From NCBI GenBank assembly GCA_019654055.1, contig BPDA01000002.1, forward strand, positions 5,911-69,910: DNA of 64,000 nucleotides, read 5' to 3'. Shown here piece after piece: positions 1-9,261 of the stretch. Under the pieces are notes generated by a model. That model did not search any database, was not told the origin of the DNA, and was given only the letters and a program-made list of their open reading frames with translations. The position numbers and the translations under genes were made by a program. Every line of letters begins with the position of its first letter. The stretch's first letter is position 1. This DNA comes from Methanobacteriota archaeon (GTDB taxonomy: Archaea > Thermoplasmatota > Poseidoniia > Poseidoniales > Thalassarchaeaceae).

Positions 1-1112
1 GCGACCTTCTTGCTGCGTGTGGCCAACCTTCGGGCGGCAACGGTTCGTGGTTCACCGCCAACCTAGCGGTCGCCTGCTTGTCGGACGGGGTCCACCAGAT
101 CACGCTTGAGGTCTGCGACAGTCAGAGCCAGTGCGTGCAGGGAACCCGCGAAATCGAGCTGGTCAACTTGCCCCCTGTGCTCTCGGTCGGGACAACGCCA
201 CAAATCTCCCCTTGGGGCACCCTGTATCTCGGGATCACCGCCAACGTCACCATCCACCTTGGCAGCACCTACGACCCGGAGGGTGACCAGATGCACTGCT
301 GGGTCGAGACCTCTTACGAGGGAGGTGACGGTCAACCACCCGAGGGCGAGCCGGACTGCCCGGGCACTATCATCCACACCTTCCCCGGGGCTCCCAACCA
401 GTTTTCTGTGACCGTGTACGCCTCTGACGGGGTCAATGTCCCAGTCTCATGGACCTTCAACGTCGAACTCTACAATGAGATACCGGAGGCACAATTGGAG
501 GTGACACGCACGGGCATGACGTCATCGGCGACCGTGCATCTCGACGGCACTGCGACCTTCGACCCGGAGGGCGACGACGTCAAGTTCGAGTTCTGGAGCG
601 ATCGCGACGGACTGCTCGCCTCCGGTGTGACGCCCGACTCCACGGTCGAGTGGATGGGGACCCTGTCCAAGGGGGCCCACCTCATCACCATGTACGCGAG
701 TGATGATCGCCCCAATCACGCTGGAATGTGGAACTCAGAGACCGCCGAGATTAGCGTCTCCAACTCCCCGCCTGTGGCTCTCATCGCCAGCCCGTCTGAT
801 GGCATACTCACCGACTCCGGCGTGCTGCTGGTCTTCGATGGCACGGGATCGGGGGACTGGGACGCTGCCTGCTCCGATCTTCCCGACAATGGGTCTGGGC
901 TGGTCTGCAACCCCTTCGCGGACTTCAGCACGGACCTTGTCAGCGTGTTGTGGGAGAGTGACTTGCTGATCGAACCAATGGGCAGCGGGTGGACACTGGA
1001 GACCAGACTGCCCGAGGGCGTGCACCAAGTTACCCTGACCGTCGAGGACGGCTCTGGGTCTCTGATGTGGCCGAGATTATGGTCAGGGTCGACGAGTCGG
1101 CTCCGGTCCTAA
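1..1112 (+). CDS. PKD-like repeat surface protein, fragment 1 (5' end lies outside the window)
   Basis: The frame is open from base 3. About 95-aa repeats each end in G(V/A)HxxTLxVxD...PP(V)xxI and carry the PKD-like motif LDGTATFDPEGDDVKFEFW. The frame is lost near 1055-1065. Confidence 0.6.
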   Translation, partial: DLLAACGQPSGGNGSWFTANLAVACLSDGVHQITLEVCDSQSQCVQGTREIELVNLPPVLSVGTTPQISPWGTLYLGITANVTIHLGSTYDPEGDQMHCWVETSYEGGDGQPPEGEPDCPGTIIHTFPGAPNQFSVTVYASDGVNVPVSWTFNVELYNEIPEAQLEVTRTGMTSSATVHLDGTATFDPEGDDVKFEFWSDRDGLLASGVTPDSTVEWMGTLSKGAHLITMYASDDRPNHAGMWNSETAEISVSNSPPVALIASPSDGILTDSGVLLVFDGTGSGDWDAACSDLPDNGSGLVCNPFADFSTDLVSVLWESDLLIEPMGSGWTLETRLPEGVHQVTLTVEDGSGSLMWPRLWSGSTSRLRS

Positions 1113-1981
1113 TCCTCGATTCGCCGATGCCGGACATCGAGGTATACTCCAACCTCCCGGTGCTGTTCGACTTCCGACGCTCGTTCGACCCGGACGGTGA
1201 CGACTTCACCGTCAGCATATACTCTGATTTGATGGCCGAGCCGATACTCGAGGGCAAGGACACGGCGTACTGGTACAACGACTACCTTCCGGCCGGGGAG
1301 CACACGCTGCGCTTCGAGCTAATCGACTCCAAAGGCATGCAGCGCACACACTCGCAGTCGCTCACCGTCCTCGAGACCGGTCCGGTGGCGGGAATCTCTG
1401 GTCTGACCGAGGGGCAGTACATCCCACCCGGCGAGCCGGTGGTGCTCGACGCCTCGGCCTCATACGACTACGATGACGACATCGTACTCTACCAGTGGGT
1501 CCTGAGCGATGGGACCCTGCTGAGCGACAAGATGGTCCACAGCGCGAACTTCCCGCCCGGTCCCGTACGAGTCGACCTGCTGGTCAAGGACTCGCGGGGC
1601 GCCTCGGCATCGGCCTCAATCAACCTCACAATCGGCTCCAGCTCGCCACAGCTGTACGAGCTCGAGGTCTCTCCGAGTAGCATCGACCTTGAGGAGCCCA
1701 CCACGGTCCAGATCACAGTGCGACTGGTGGACCTCGACGGCACCACTTCCATCGTGCGAGGCGAATTGCGCGCGGGCGGAGTCTCGCAGGCTCTCGAGCT
1801 CCGGGACGACGGAACCGAGGGCGACCAGTTCGCAGGTGATGGCATCTGGACCTACAAGTCGGTCTGGACCCTCTCTGGGAGTAGTGCGAGAGTGGAGGTG
1901 TGGGCGCTGGACGGCGACACGGTTAGCCCGGGCCTAGTTGAGGTCATCCCCATCGAGGCCCCCGGGACGCGAGCATGCTAG
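989..1981 (+). CDS. Same surface protein, fragment 2 (-1 frame relative to fragment 1)
   Basis: The repeat pattern continues seamlessly: EDGSGS | [54 protein letters not shown]. Only the part after about 1063 is likely translated. Confidence 0.55.
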   Translation: MDTGDQTARGRAPSYPDRRGRLWVSDVAEIMVRVDESAPVLILDSPMPDIEVYSNLPVLFDFRRSFDPDGDDFTVSIYSDLMAEPILEGKDTAYWYNDYLPAGEHTLRFELIDSKGMQRTHSQSLTVLETGPVAGISGLTEGQYIPPGEPVVLDASASYDYDDDIVLYQWVLSDGTLLSDKMVHSANFPPGPVRVDLLVKDSRGASASASINLTIGSSSPQLYELEVSPSSIDLEEPTTVQITVRLVDLDGTTSIVRGELRAGGVSQALELRDDGTEGDQFAGDGIWTYKSVWTLSGSSARVEVWALDGDTVSPGLVEVIPIEAPGTRAC

Positions 1982-2154
1982 ACTGGCTACTCGGGAGCGG
2001 CCTACCATTCCTGATAATGGCGCTGACAATCGCGATAATGGCTGGGATAGCCTATGCGAGCACCCGCAGGAGACAGATTTCGAAAGACCTCGAGATGATA
2101 GAGTCGTGGTCGGGTTTCGACCCAAGGGAGCTCGACGAGGAGTTCGAGGACTAA
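1975..2154 (+). CDS. C-terminal TM anchor plus acidic tail, probable fragment 3 of the surface protein (59 aa, not in the ORF track)
   Basis: My translation is [59 protein letters not shown]. This frame is open from 1942. A C5G3 homopolymer at 1959-1966 lies at the likely join. The other surface proteins here share this anchor architecture. Confidence 0.4.
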   Translation: MLDWLLGSGLPFLIMALTIAIMAGIAYASTRRRQISKDLEMIESWSGFDPRELDEEFED

Positions 2155-2525
2155 TGAAGGGTGGAAGCATGAAGATAAATCTCAAGGAAAAACTGTCACT
2201 GTTCTCGGAGCATTGGTCGCCCAAGGTAATCGCCGAGATGAACGACTACCAGTTCAAACTGGTCAAGCTGCAGGGGGACTTCGTCTGGCACAGCCACGCG
2301 GACACCGATGAGGTGTTCATCGTAATCGAGGGCGCGATGAAGATCGAGCTCAGTGACGGGACCGTGGAACTCAGCGAGGGTGAGATGTTCGTGGTCCCCA
2401 AGGGGGTCGCGCACAAGCCGTATGCGGAAGAGGAGTGCAAAGTCATGCTAGTCGAGCCACGCGGTGTAGTCAACACTGGAGACTCAAAAGGCAAACTCAC
2501 TGCCTCGAACGATGTCTGGATATGA
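2155..2525 (+). CDS. Cupin domain protein
   Basis: The small beta-barrel pattern [26 protein letters not shown]...[14 protein letters not shown] is present. The ATG follows directly after the upstream stop. The longer 1938 ORF start is read-through of the anchor region in another frame. Confidence 0.7.
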
Positions 2526-2545
2526 CGCGAGTCAGAGGGTACCGA

Positions 2546-3292
2546 TTAGGATTGATTCTTCTCAGGAAGCATTATCTCCGAGGGGGATATTCTGTTCGCT
2601 TCAAATTTGTTTACTTGGCTCTGACTTGGATATCCGACACATATCCCACAAAGAAGGGAGTAATTTTTGCTGATCTCAAACTCCTTTCGAACCGCATCTT
2701 CCCAAACTGCGACGGAGCCTTGGGCGCAAGTCCCCAATCCTTTCGAATGCGCTGAGAGCATTAGATTCTGCATGAAAAGGCCAGCATCAGAGGCTGCGAA
2801 CTTGCCCAGACTTTTGTGAGTGAACAAGAACAACTCCACGGGTGCGCCGAAGAATTCGTAATTCCTCGCCCAGAATCTATCCCTAGCATCTTTGTCATCT
2901 TTATCAATTCCCATTTGAGTGAATAATTCCTTGCCAATTCTTTGGGATCTTGGCAGTAAATCCTTGTGATATCTTTTGAGAACTAACCAATTGCTAGTGG
3001 GCAACCCTTTCCTACGAATTAGAGCCTTAATTTTTCCAAAAATCCCCTCCCCTTGTCCCGTTTTGACTAACTCAAATCGACTTAGAAATTCAGCAGATAA
3101 ACGATCTCTGACCTCGCCTTCTGCTACTGCTACCACGAACGGGCGGGTGTTACTCCAACTCGGTGAAGTCAGGCCGGCAGCAATAATTTCCTCGATTACC
3201 TCATCTGGAACTGGTGTTGGAAGAAAGTCTCGAGTGGATCTTCGAGAAGCCGCGAAAGTGTTGAAATGTCCAGCTTCGAACTCTCCCCCCAT
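2546..3292 (-). CDS. Nitroreductase family protein
   Basis: The N-terminus RRSTRDFLPTPVPDEVIEEIIAAGLTSPSWSNTRPF is typical of the nitroreductase fold. The gene is about 42% GC against about 60% in the flanks. Confidence 0.75.
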   Translation of the reverse strand: MGGEFEAGHFNTFAASRRSTRDFLPTPVPDEVIEEIIAAGLTSPSWSNTRPFVVAVAEGEVRDRLSAEFLSRFELVKTGQGEGIFGKIKALIRRKGLPTSNWLVLKRYHKDLLPRSQRIGKELFTQMGIDKDDKDARDRFWARNYEFFGAPVELFLFTHKSLGKFAASDAGLFMQNLMLSAHSKGLGTCAQGSVAVWEDAVRKEFEISKNYSLLCGICVGYPSQSQVNKFEANRISPSEIMLPEKNQS

Positions 3293-3426
3293 AATTTTAC
3301 TAAATGGGGTTGTTATTTCATATGTGGTTTTGCTACGTCATTCTGTGCCTACCTACAGGCCCATCATTACGGATACATCACAAAGCAACCGGGTACTCGG
3401 GGGAATCATCTTCCCTACCCTATGAT

Positions 3427-4314
3427 TCAGGCTGCAGCCTCGATTCTAGCGACTTCTCTTGAGGTGACGAGAGCCTCCATTCCATTATCCGACAGTCTCC
3501 AGTTGGGACGCCTCGCCTCTGTGGCGGCCTCGACGAGCTCCCCGTTGCGCAACTCGCTCAGGTGATGGCTCAGCAGTTGCCTTGAGATCTCCAACTTCGA
3601 GCGTATCTCAGTCCCCGAGAGGCCTATGTTGCCGGATTCGGCTAGGACCTCGAGTATGGCGAGGCGAGTCCCAGCAATCGGATTCCTGATTCGGCTGACC
3701 TCCTCCCTCGAGAGGCTGGAAATCGCATATCGACGCAGTTTACCGTCTCTCCAAGAGATTACCTGACCTGTCGACTCCAGCGTGTGGAGGTGGTAGGCCG
3801 TCACCCCGTTGGCGAGACCCAGAGCGTCACGCAGTGCCGAGAAGTGGATTCCCGCGTTCGCCTCGAGGTAACCGAGCAGACGACCGCGGGTCAGCATGTC
3901 CTCCCTGTTCGCCTTCATCCTCGCGAGCATCGGAGAGACCAGCGCAACCAGCACTGTCACCTTCACGAATTCAAGCATAAACGAGCCTAGGACCAGCGAT
4001 CCCAGGGCACCCGCTCCCCCGGCGATTAGCCTCTCTGGAAGGGTGGATTCGGAGTCTTCTTCCTTCTCCCCCCTCCTGAGTTCCGGCTGGCTCTCTTCAC
4101 CGGAGTCTTCCTCTGAGTCCAGCGAGGCCGGTAACTTGTCCCCATCATCCCCGTCACCTTCGGCGATATCGTCGAGCGGTGCGCTCATCATCCAGCCACC
4201 TGCGAGCAAGGCGGCTACCGCGAGAGCGGCCACTAGACGCACCGTCCGGACGCCTTCCATCACTCTGCGTAAGCCACCTTCGCCTATGACTGCCGTGGTG
4301 AATTGGTTTGACAT
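3427..4314 (-). CDS. Membrane-tethered transcriptional regulator with two winged-helix (ArsR/MarR-like) domains
   Basis: It has an N-terminal TM helix, an acidic loop of about 60 aa and a second hydrophobic block. Two wHTH units follow: HFSALRDALGLANGVTAYHLHTLESTGQV and LSGTEIRSKLEISRQLLSHHLSELRNGELV. Confidence 0.55.
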   Translation of the reverse strand: MSNQFTTAVIGEGGLRRVMEGVRTVRLVAALAVAALLAGGWMMSAPLDDIAEGDGDDGDKLPASLDSEEDSGEESQPELRRGEKEEDSESTLPERLIAGGAGALGSLVLGSFMLEFVKVTVLVALVSPMLARMKANREDMLTRGRLLGYLEANAGIHFSALRDALGLANGVTAYHLHTLESTGQVISWRDGKLRRYAISSLSREEVSRIRNPIAGTRLAILEVLAESGNIGLSGTEIRSKLEISRQLLSHHLSELRNGELVEAATEARRPNWRLSDNGMEALVTSREVARIEAAA

Positions 4315-4320
4315 TACGTA

Positions 4321-5394
4321 GTGGTGTTGAATAATGGAACTCTCATCACGGGCCGAGGAGCGATGGCCGAGGAGTCCGATGTCTCAATCGGTGACGACAC
4401 CGAGCGCGAGGAGGCGATGCTCACCGCGGCACGCTCCGTGGTTAGGACGTGCATGCAGGTACGACCGCACGAGCACGTGCTGGTTGTCACCGACCCGACC
4501 ACCTCCGAAGTCGGGCGTTCTCTGTACGAGGCCGCCTCGGAGGTCACCGACCGTATCCTGATGATGATGATGCCCCGTAGACACAGGCAGGGCAACGAGC
4601 CCCCGGCATCTGTGGGCGACCTGATGCGCCGCCAAAACGTCGTGATGCTGGCCACCCGCCACTCGCTGACCCACACCGGCGCTCGTCTGAGGGCATCGCG
4701 CGAGGGAGCTAGGATTGCATCGATGCCCGGAATCAACGAGGAGATGCTGGCTGTTGGCGGCATGACTGCCGACTACAACGCTCTCCAGAAGGAGATCTCG
4801 GGCCTCAACCCGATGCTGCGGCGCAGGCGGGACGTCAGGGTGACGACACCTGCGGGCACCGACGTGACCTTCCGGACCGGGGCCCGCTGGGTGCTCGAGG
4901 ACAACGGGATATGCAACAGACCCGGGCAGGTGACGAACCTGCCCGCCGGGAAGGTCTTCGTCCTGCCCAAGGAGCAGACTATGAGCGGCAAGATAGTCAT
5001 AGACGGGTCGTGGGAGGGAAATCTACTGGACGAATCCCTCACCCTGCTGGTCGAGGATGGCATGGTGGTCAGCACATCCGGAGGAGAGTTGGCAGAGAGT
5101 ATTCAGGAGGTGCTCGACGAGGCCAAGGTGGGTCTGCGCCCCTCTAGGGCCGGTTTGGTCAATACCGTGGCCGAGTTCGGCTTCGGGATGAACTCGAGGG
5201 CGAGGATGACCGGGAACAGGCTCGAGGACCAAGTGGTCCGCGGCTCGGCCTACTTCGGGTTCGGCGACAACTCGGCCCTAGGTGGCTCGGCTAGGGTCAG
5301 CATACACATGAGGGGAGTCATGCTGAAGCCGACCATCGAGCTGAACGACGTCGACCTAGTGCTCGAGGGCAAGGTCACCGCGCGCAAGAGGTGA
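4321..5394 (+). CDS. Aminopeptidase, M29 (AmpS/PepS-like) family
   Basis: The pattern GTDVTF...NLPAGKVFVLP...EFGFGMN...GFGDN matches the M29/aminopeptidase T-like family layout. The start may instead be the ATG at 4364. Confidence 0.6.
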   Translation: MVLNNGTLITGRGAMAEESDVSIGDDTEREEAMLTAARSVVRTCMQVRPHEHVLVVTDPTTSEVGRSLYEAASEVTDRILMMMMPRRHRQGNEPPASVGDLMRRQNVVMLATRHSLTHTGARLRASREGARIASMPGINEEMLAVGGMTADYNALQKEISGLNPMLRRRRDVRVTTPAGTDVTFRTGARWVLEDNGICNRPGQVTNLPAGKVFVLPKEQTMSGKIVIDGSWEGNLLDESLTLLVEDGMVVSTSGGELAESIQEVLDEAKVGLRPSRAGLVNTVAEFGFGMNSRARMTGNRLEDQVVRGSAYFGFGDNSALGGSARVSIHMRGVMLKPTIELNDVDLVLEGKVTARKR

Positions 5395-5398
5395 TGGG

Positions 5399-6007
5399 TT
5401 GCGAGCGCTGCTCTGGTGCAACGGACAGCCACCCTCAGACGCAGTCGTATCCTCCCTAGTCGAAGGGGCTGCCTGCTTCGGCGTAGATGCCGGTGCCGAC
5501 AGGGCATCCGAGGCGGGTTACGAGGTCAAACAGGTCCTCGGTGACCTCGACTCCGCCGATTCCTCCAGATGGCGTGGCATTACCCACGAACTGGCCGACC
5601 AGTCGAGCAGCGACCTGGCCAAGTCCCTCTCGCTGCTCATCGAGAGAGGCTACACCGAGATCGAAGTGGTCGGCGCCGACGGCGGCTCCACCAGTCACTT
5701 CCTCGGTAGTTGGGCGGCGCTCTGCGAGGCGCCCCCTGGAGCAGCGATTCGACTACATCACGAGGACTCGATCACCCATCGGGTGCACCCCGATGACGGC
5801 GAGCGGGAGTTCGCGGTGGGAGCAGGAGGGGAGTTCTCGTTGTTCGCCCTGAGCCCCTGCCAGGGCGTGCACCTACACGGGGCCCGTTGGGAGTTAGACG
5901 GCGAGCCGATGGGCTTGTCCACGGCAGGGCTGCACAACGTAGGCACTGGAGAGCTGGTGCGGATACGGGCCGATGGAGTCCTAGTGGTGATCGTCCGGAG
6001 GGACTAA
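5399..6007 (+). CDS. Thiamine pyrophosphokinase-like protein
   Basis: The motifs GDLDS, DQSSSDLAKSL and VVGADGGSTSHFLGSW resemble TPK catalytic motifs. The start codon is TTG. Confidence 0.5.
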   Translation: MRALLWCNGQPPSDAVVSSLVEGAACFGVDAGADRASEAGYEVKQVLGDLDSADSSRWRGITHELADQSSSDLAKSLSLLIERGYTEIEVVGADGGSTSHFLGSWAALCEAPPGAAIRLHHEDSITHRVHPDDGEREFAVGAGGEFSLFALSPCQGVHLHGARWELDGEPMGLSTAGLHNVGTGELVRIRADGVLVVIVRRD

Positions 6008-7114
6008 TCACTCCTCCTCTACTGTGCCCGGCAGCTTGGGGTCGCGTGAGAGCATCATGGCGACAGGCCTCGTTCGCGGGTCGGATTCGAGCGCGATCTT
6101 CATGATCACCGCTAGCGGCACTCCCAGCACCATCCCCATGACCCCCCAGGCCCAGCCCCAGAAGGCCACTAGGAGAAGCAGCACTATCGGCGACATGTCG
6201 AGCCTCTGCCCGGCCAGTTGCGGCTCGACCACGGCACCCCACGCCTGCTGGTTGGCCACTAGGATCAGTATCAGGACCATAGCCCACGTAGGGTCCAGTA
6301 CGATGAATCCGAGGAAAATCGGCGGAATTAGCGATATTAGTGCCCCGACGTAGGGGATGAAGTCCATCATGAAGGTGATCGAGGCCCACATGAACCAACC
6401 CGGGATTTCGAGGTGCCAGAGCACCATTCCCGCTACCACCGCCTGCCCGAAGGCAACGGTCGCCCTGGTCACGACGTAGGTGTTGATGCCCTCTCCCGAG
6501 GAGCTCGCTACAGCCTGCACCCTGTCTGCATCCTCGGGGTAGGCGGCCTTCAGGCGGCGGGGCAGGGTCTCGGCCTCGAGGATGATGAACAGCAGGAAGA
6601 TGAGGACGGTAACCGCGCTCGCGGTAAAGCTCGCGAGTGAGCCCACGAACCCGGTCAGGTACTCGTTGATGGTGTCAAGGCTCAGCAGCGCAGTCAGGCC
6701 GCTGACATCGAATGAATAGCCCCAGAACTCGAGCCCCTCGAGCCAGGACAGTTTGCTGTTGAGTTGCTCGGTCAGCCCGGGTATCTCGTCAGTGAATGCG
6801 GTGAGGTTGGAGTACAGCAGCTGCGATGCCATCCACATCACTACGAACAAGATCACAACGAGTACGCCGTAGGGCATCAGCGGATGCCCATACTTCTGCA
6901 TTATCGGACGCTCCTCCAACCACTGCGCAGCGGGCCGAATCAGTAGGAAGAGGAGTATAGCTATCACCAGCGGCTGTATAACCGCCTTGAGCTGGATTAT
7001 CGCCAGCACAGATACCATCAGGATGATGGCGATGTTGGACACGGTTGCAGATGGCAGGTCACGCAGGCTCTGGCTCTCTCCCATGCTCTCCCCCGCCCTC
7101 GCCAGTGCGACCAA
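6008..7114 (-). CDS. AI-2E family (PerM/UPF0118) transporter
   Basis: This is a multi-TM protein with the family-typical block FIPYVGALISLIPPIFLGF and QRLDMSPIVLLLLVAFWGWAWG. Confidence 0.7.
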   Translation of the reverse strand: MVALARAGESMGESQSLRDLPSATVSNIAIILMVSVLAIIQLKAVIQPLVIAILLFLLIRPAAQWLEERPIMQKYGHPLMPYGVLVVILFVVMWMASQLLYSNLTAFTDEIPGLTEQLNSKLSWLEGLEFWGYSFDVSGLTALLSLDTINEYLTGFVGSLASFTASAVTVLIFLLFIILEAETLPRRLKAAYPEDADRVQAVASSSGEGINTYVVTRATVAFGQAVVAGMVLWHLEIPGWFMWASITFMMDFIPYVGALISLIPPIFLGFIVLDPTWAMVLILILVANQQAWGAVVEPQLAGQRLDMSPIVLLLLVAFWGWAWGVMGMVLGVPLAVIMKIALESDPRTRPVAMMLSRDPKLPGTVEEE

Positions 7115-7145
7115 CGGATGAATAATTCCCCGTCAGGGAATTTCA

Positions 7146-8363
7146 CTACGCCCTTTCGTATATGGCCTCGAAGCGCGCTGCGTTACTCTCGAAGGTGAAT
7201 CCCTCCAGCACCCTGCGCCTGCCCGCTTCGCCCTTCGAAACCATCCTCTCGGGTTCGGCCAGCTCGGTCATGATGGCATCGGCCATGGCATCGGGGTCGC
7301 CCATCCCGAACAGCCTGCCCACACTCTGGTCCACCATCTCCGGTAGGGGGCCGTGGTCTACAGTGACGACCGGGGTCCCCGAAGCCATCGCCTCGAGCGG
7401 GATTAGGCCCTGGCCCTCGTAGTATGACGGGTAGACCACTAGGTCAGCGGAGCGGAACAGGGACGCCAGCTCCTCGAACGGCATCCCGGGCTCGATGGTC
7501 ACCGCGTCGGCTACCCCCAACGCTCGGGCCTGTCTGAGCAGCCGGGAGCGCAGATGGCCCCGGCCGACGATTACCAAGCGGGCGCCCGGGTCAGCTGCGT
7601 GGACCTTGGTGAAGGCCCGCAGCAGCAGGCCGTACCCCTTCCTCGCCGCGAGCCTGCCCACTGCTAGGATGAGGCGCGAGCCGCCGTAACTTGACCTGAT
7701 TCTCTCGTGAGTGGTCATGGAATCCTCGTCATCGCGGTGCAGTGGCACGAACATGCTGGTGTCCACGCCCCAGTGCACGACCTCGCAGTCCCAGTCCGTT
7801 GGAGGCGAGTAACGGCTCTCGAAGTCGCGCTTGGTGGCCTCGGAGTTGGCCACGCAGACGTTGGACCCACTGACTGCGGCCCTCTCGTAGCCTGAGTAGT
7901 GCTTGGCCGTCAGGAGTATCGCGAGGTCGTTGGGGTTGGCCCAGACAGCAGCCTCTTTCTGTTCCGAGGCGGCGACCAGACCGTCGCGTTCGCCCAGCCA
8001 GGAGCCATGCAGCGAGGAGACGACTGGGGCAATGTTCTGCTGGCAGTTCTTGAGCTGCTTAGCGCTCCACGAGATCATCGGGCAGTGCAGGTGGACCACG
8101 TCCACCTTGTCGCGAGCATGCAGCTGTCTCAGCGCTCGCATTGCGCTGCGGCCGTAGGAACGCGTGAATGCCATCGGGAGGGGGGCCCAGCCAACGCTCA
8201 CCACTTCGACGCCCTCGACCCTAGGGGCCGTGCCCCCGCCGGAGCGGGTAATCACCGTGATTCGGTGCCCCCTAGCGGCGAGCGCTGCCGACAGGTGGTA
8301 CACTGTGGAACCCATCCCACCCCAACGGGGCGGATATTCGGCAGACAGCATCGCTATGTGCAT
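7146..8363 (-). CDS. Glycosyltransferase family 4
   Basis: The N-terminus is MHIAMLSAEYPPRWGGMGSTVYHLSAALAARGH, and the C-terminal motif is YPSYYEGQGLIPLEAMASGTPVV. The ORF-track start at 8492 adds 43 unlikely residues. Confidence 0.75.
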   Translation of the reverse strand: MHIAMLSAEYPPRWGGMGSTVYHLSAALAARGHRITVITRSGGGTAPRVEGVEVVSVGWAPLPMAFTRSYGRSAMRALRQLHARDKVDVVHLHCPMISWSAKQLKNCQQNIAPVVSSLHGSWLGERDGLVAASEQKEAAVWANPNDLAILLTAKHYSGYERAAVSGSNVCVANSEATKRDFESRYSPPTDWDCEVVHWGVDTSMFVPLHRDDEDSMTTHERIRSSYGGSRLILAVGRLAARKGYGLLLRAFTKVHAADPGARLVIVGRGHLRSRLLRQARALGVADAVTIEPGMPFEELASLFRSADLVVYPSYYEGQGLIPLEAMASGTPVVTVDHGPLPEMVDQSVGRLFGMGDPDAMADAIMTELAEPERMVSKGEAGRRRVLEGFTFESNAARFEAIYERA

Positions 8364-8468
8364 GGTTTCACCGTATTCGCGGCCCAGCGCCCGCATTTCA
8401 AGAGCGCGACCCCGGGGCAGCGCTTCGCATTGTTCAAAACGGGACCTTTGGTCGCCGCCTTCGTTAGC

Positions 8469-9200
8469 ATGGCCGACACCCTCCCAGTTCACGTTACCGT
8501 GGTCATCCCCACTCGCAACGAGGAGGCCGCCATCGTAGACACGATTCGCTCGGTGCCCAATGACGGCTGGTGCGAGAAGCTCGACTTCCTGATTATCGAC
8601 GGCAATTCGACCGACCGCACCCGCGAACTCGCCGAGGGCGAGGGCGCGACTGTGTACGTGGAGCCACGCAAGGGCTACGGCAGGGCGTACAAGACTGGGT
8701 TCGCCATGGCTCCCGGCGAGGTGATAGTCACCATGGACGCGGATTGCACATATCCGGGAGAAGAGGTACCAGGGCTTGTTCGCAAGCTGCTCGAGGAGGA
8801 CCTGAGATGGATCACCTGCGATCGCCTAAAGCGCGCAGAGGAGGGTGCTATGCCCGGAATCCACGGCTTCGGCAACTGGGTCCTCTCTACCACTGCCAAG
8901 ACTCTCTACTGGTACGGTATCCACGACTCCCAGAGCGGGATGTGGGTTTTCCACAAGTCAATCTTCGAGGACGACCGCGTGCGCCCCAAGCACGATGGAA
9001 TGCCCCTATCTCAGGAGTTCAAGATTAGAGCACGCCGATACTTGGGCAAGAATAACACTGCCGAGGTCAGTGTGCCGTACCGGCCGAGAGTCGGCGAGGC
9101 CGAGATTAACACATGGGGCGACGGCCTACTCAATCTGAGGTTCCTCTTCACTCACAGGCTAGGACTCACGCGTCAGGTGACTCCTTGGGGCCCAGAGTAA
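8469..9200 (+). CDS. Glycosyltransferase family 2 (dolichyl-phosphate sugar synthase-like)
   Basis: Motifs VVIPTRNEEAAI, IIDGNSTDRT and the DXD in VTMDADCTYP are present. The 433-aa ORF upstream of 8469 is antisense to the GT4 gene. Confidence 0.75.
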   Translation: MADTLPVHVTVVIPTRNEEAAIVDTIRSVPNDGWCEKLDFLIIDGNSTDRTRELAEGEGATVYVEPRKGYGRAYKTGFAMAPGEVIVTMDADCTYPGEEVPGLVRKLLEEDLRWITCDRLKRAEEGAMPGIHGFGNWVLSTTAKTLYWYGIHDSQSGMWVFHKSIFEDDRVRPKHDGMPLSQEFKIRARRYLGKNNTAEVSVPYRPRVGEAEINTWGDGLLNLRFLFTHRLGLTRQVTPWGPE

Positions 9201-9261
9201 CGAATCCGGGAACAAATCCATAGCCCCCCGGGCCCATCAGAAATCGTGGGAAAGCGGAACT

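Noticed and set aside
1938-2154. The N-terminal 72 aa of the 195-aa ORF as part of the cupin protein
   Set aside because: That stretch is an alternative-frame read of the TM-anchor mini-ORF region. Cupin homology begins at the ATG at 2155, immediately after the anchor ORF stop.
5772-6398. Long antisense ORFs in GC-rich genes (for example 5772-6398 minus, 35903-36625 plus, 40594-41277 plus, 50148-50873 minus, 12034-12336 minus)
   Set aside because: Their Arg/Pro/Gly/Ser-dominated low-complexity translations oppose genes with clear homology. These are typical shadow ORFs of high-GC DNA.
7899-8468. The N-terminal 190 aa of the 433-aa ORF 7899-9200
   Set aside because: This part is antisense to the well-supported GT4 gene and has Arg/Gly/His-rich shadow composition. 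The GT2 homology starts at the ATG at 8469.
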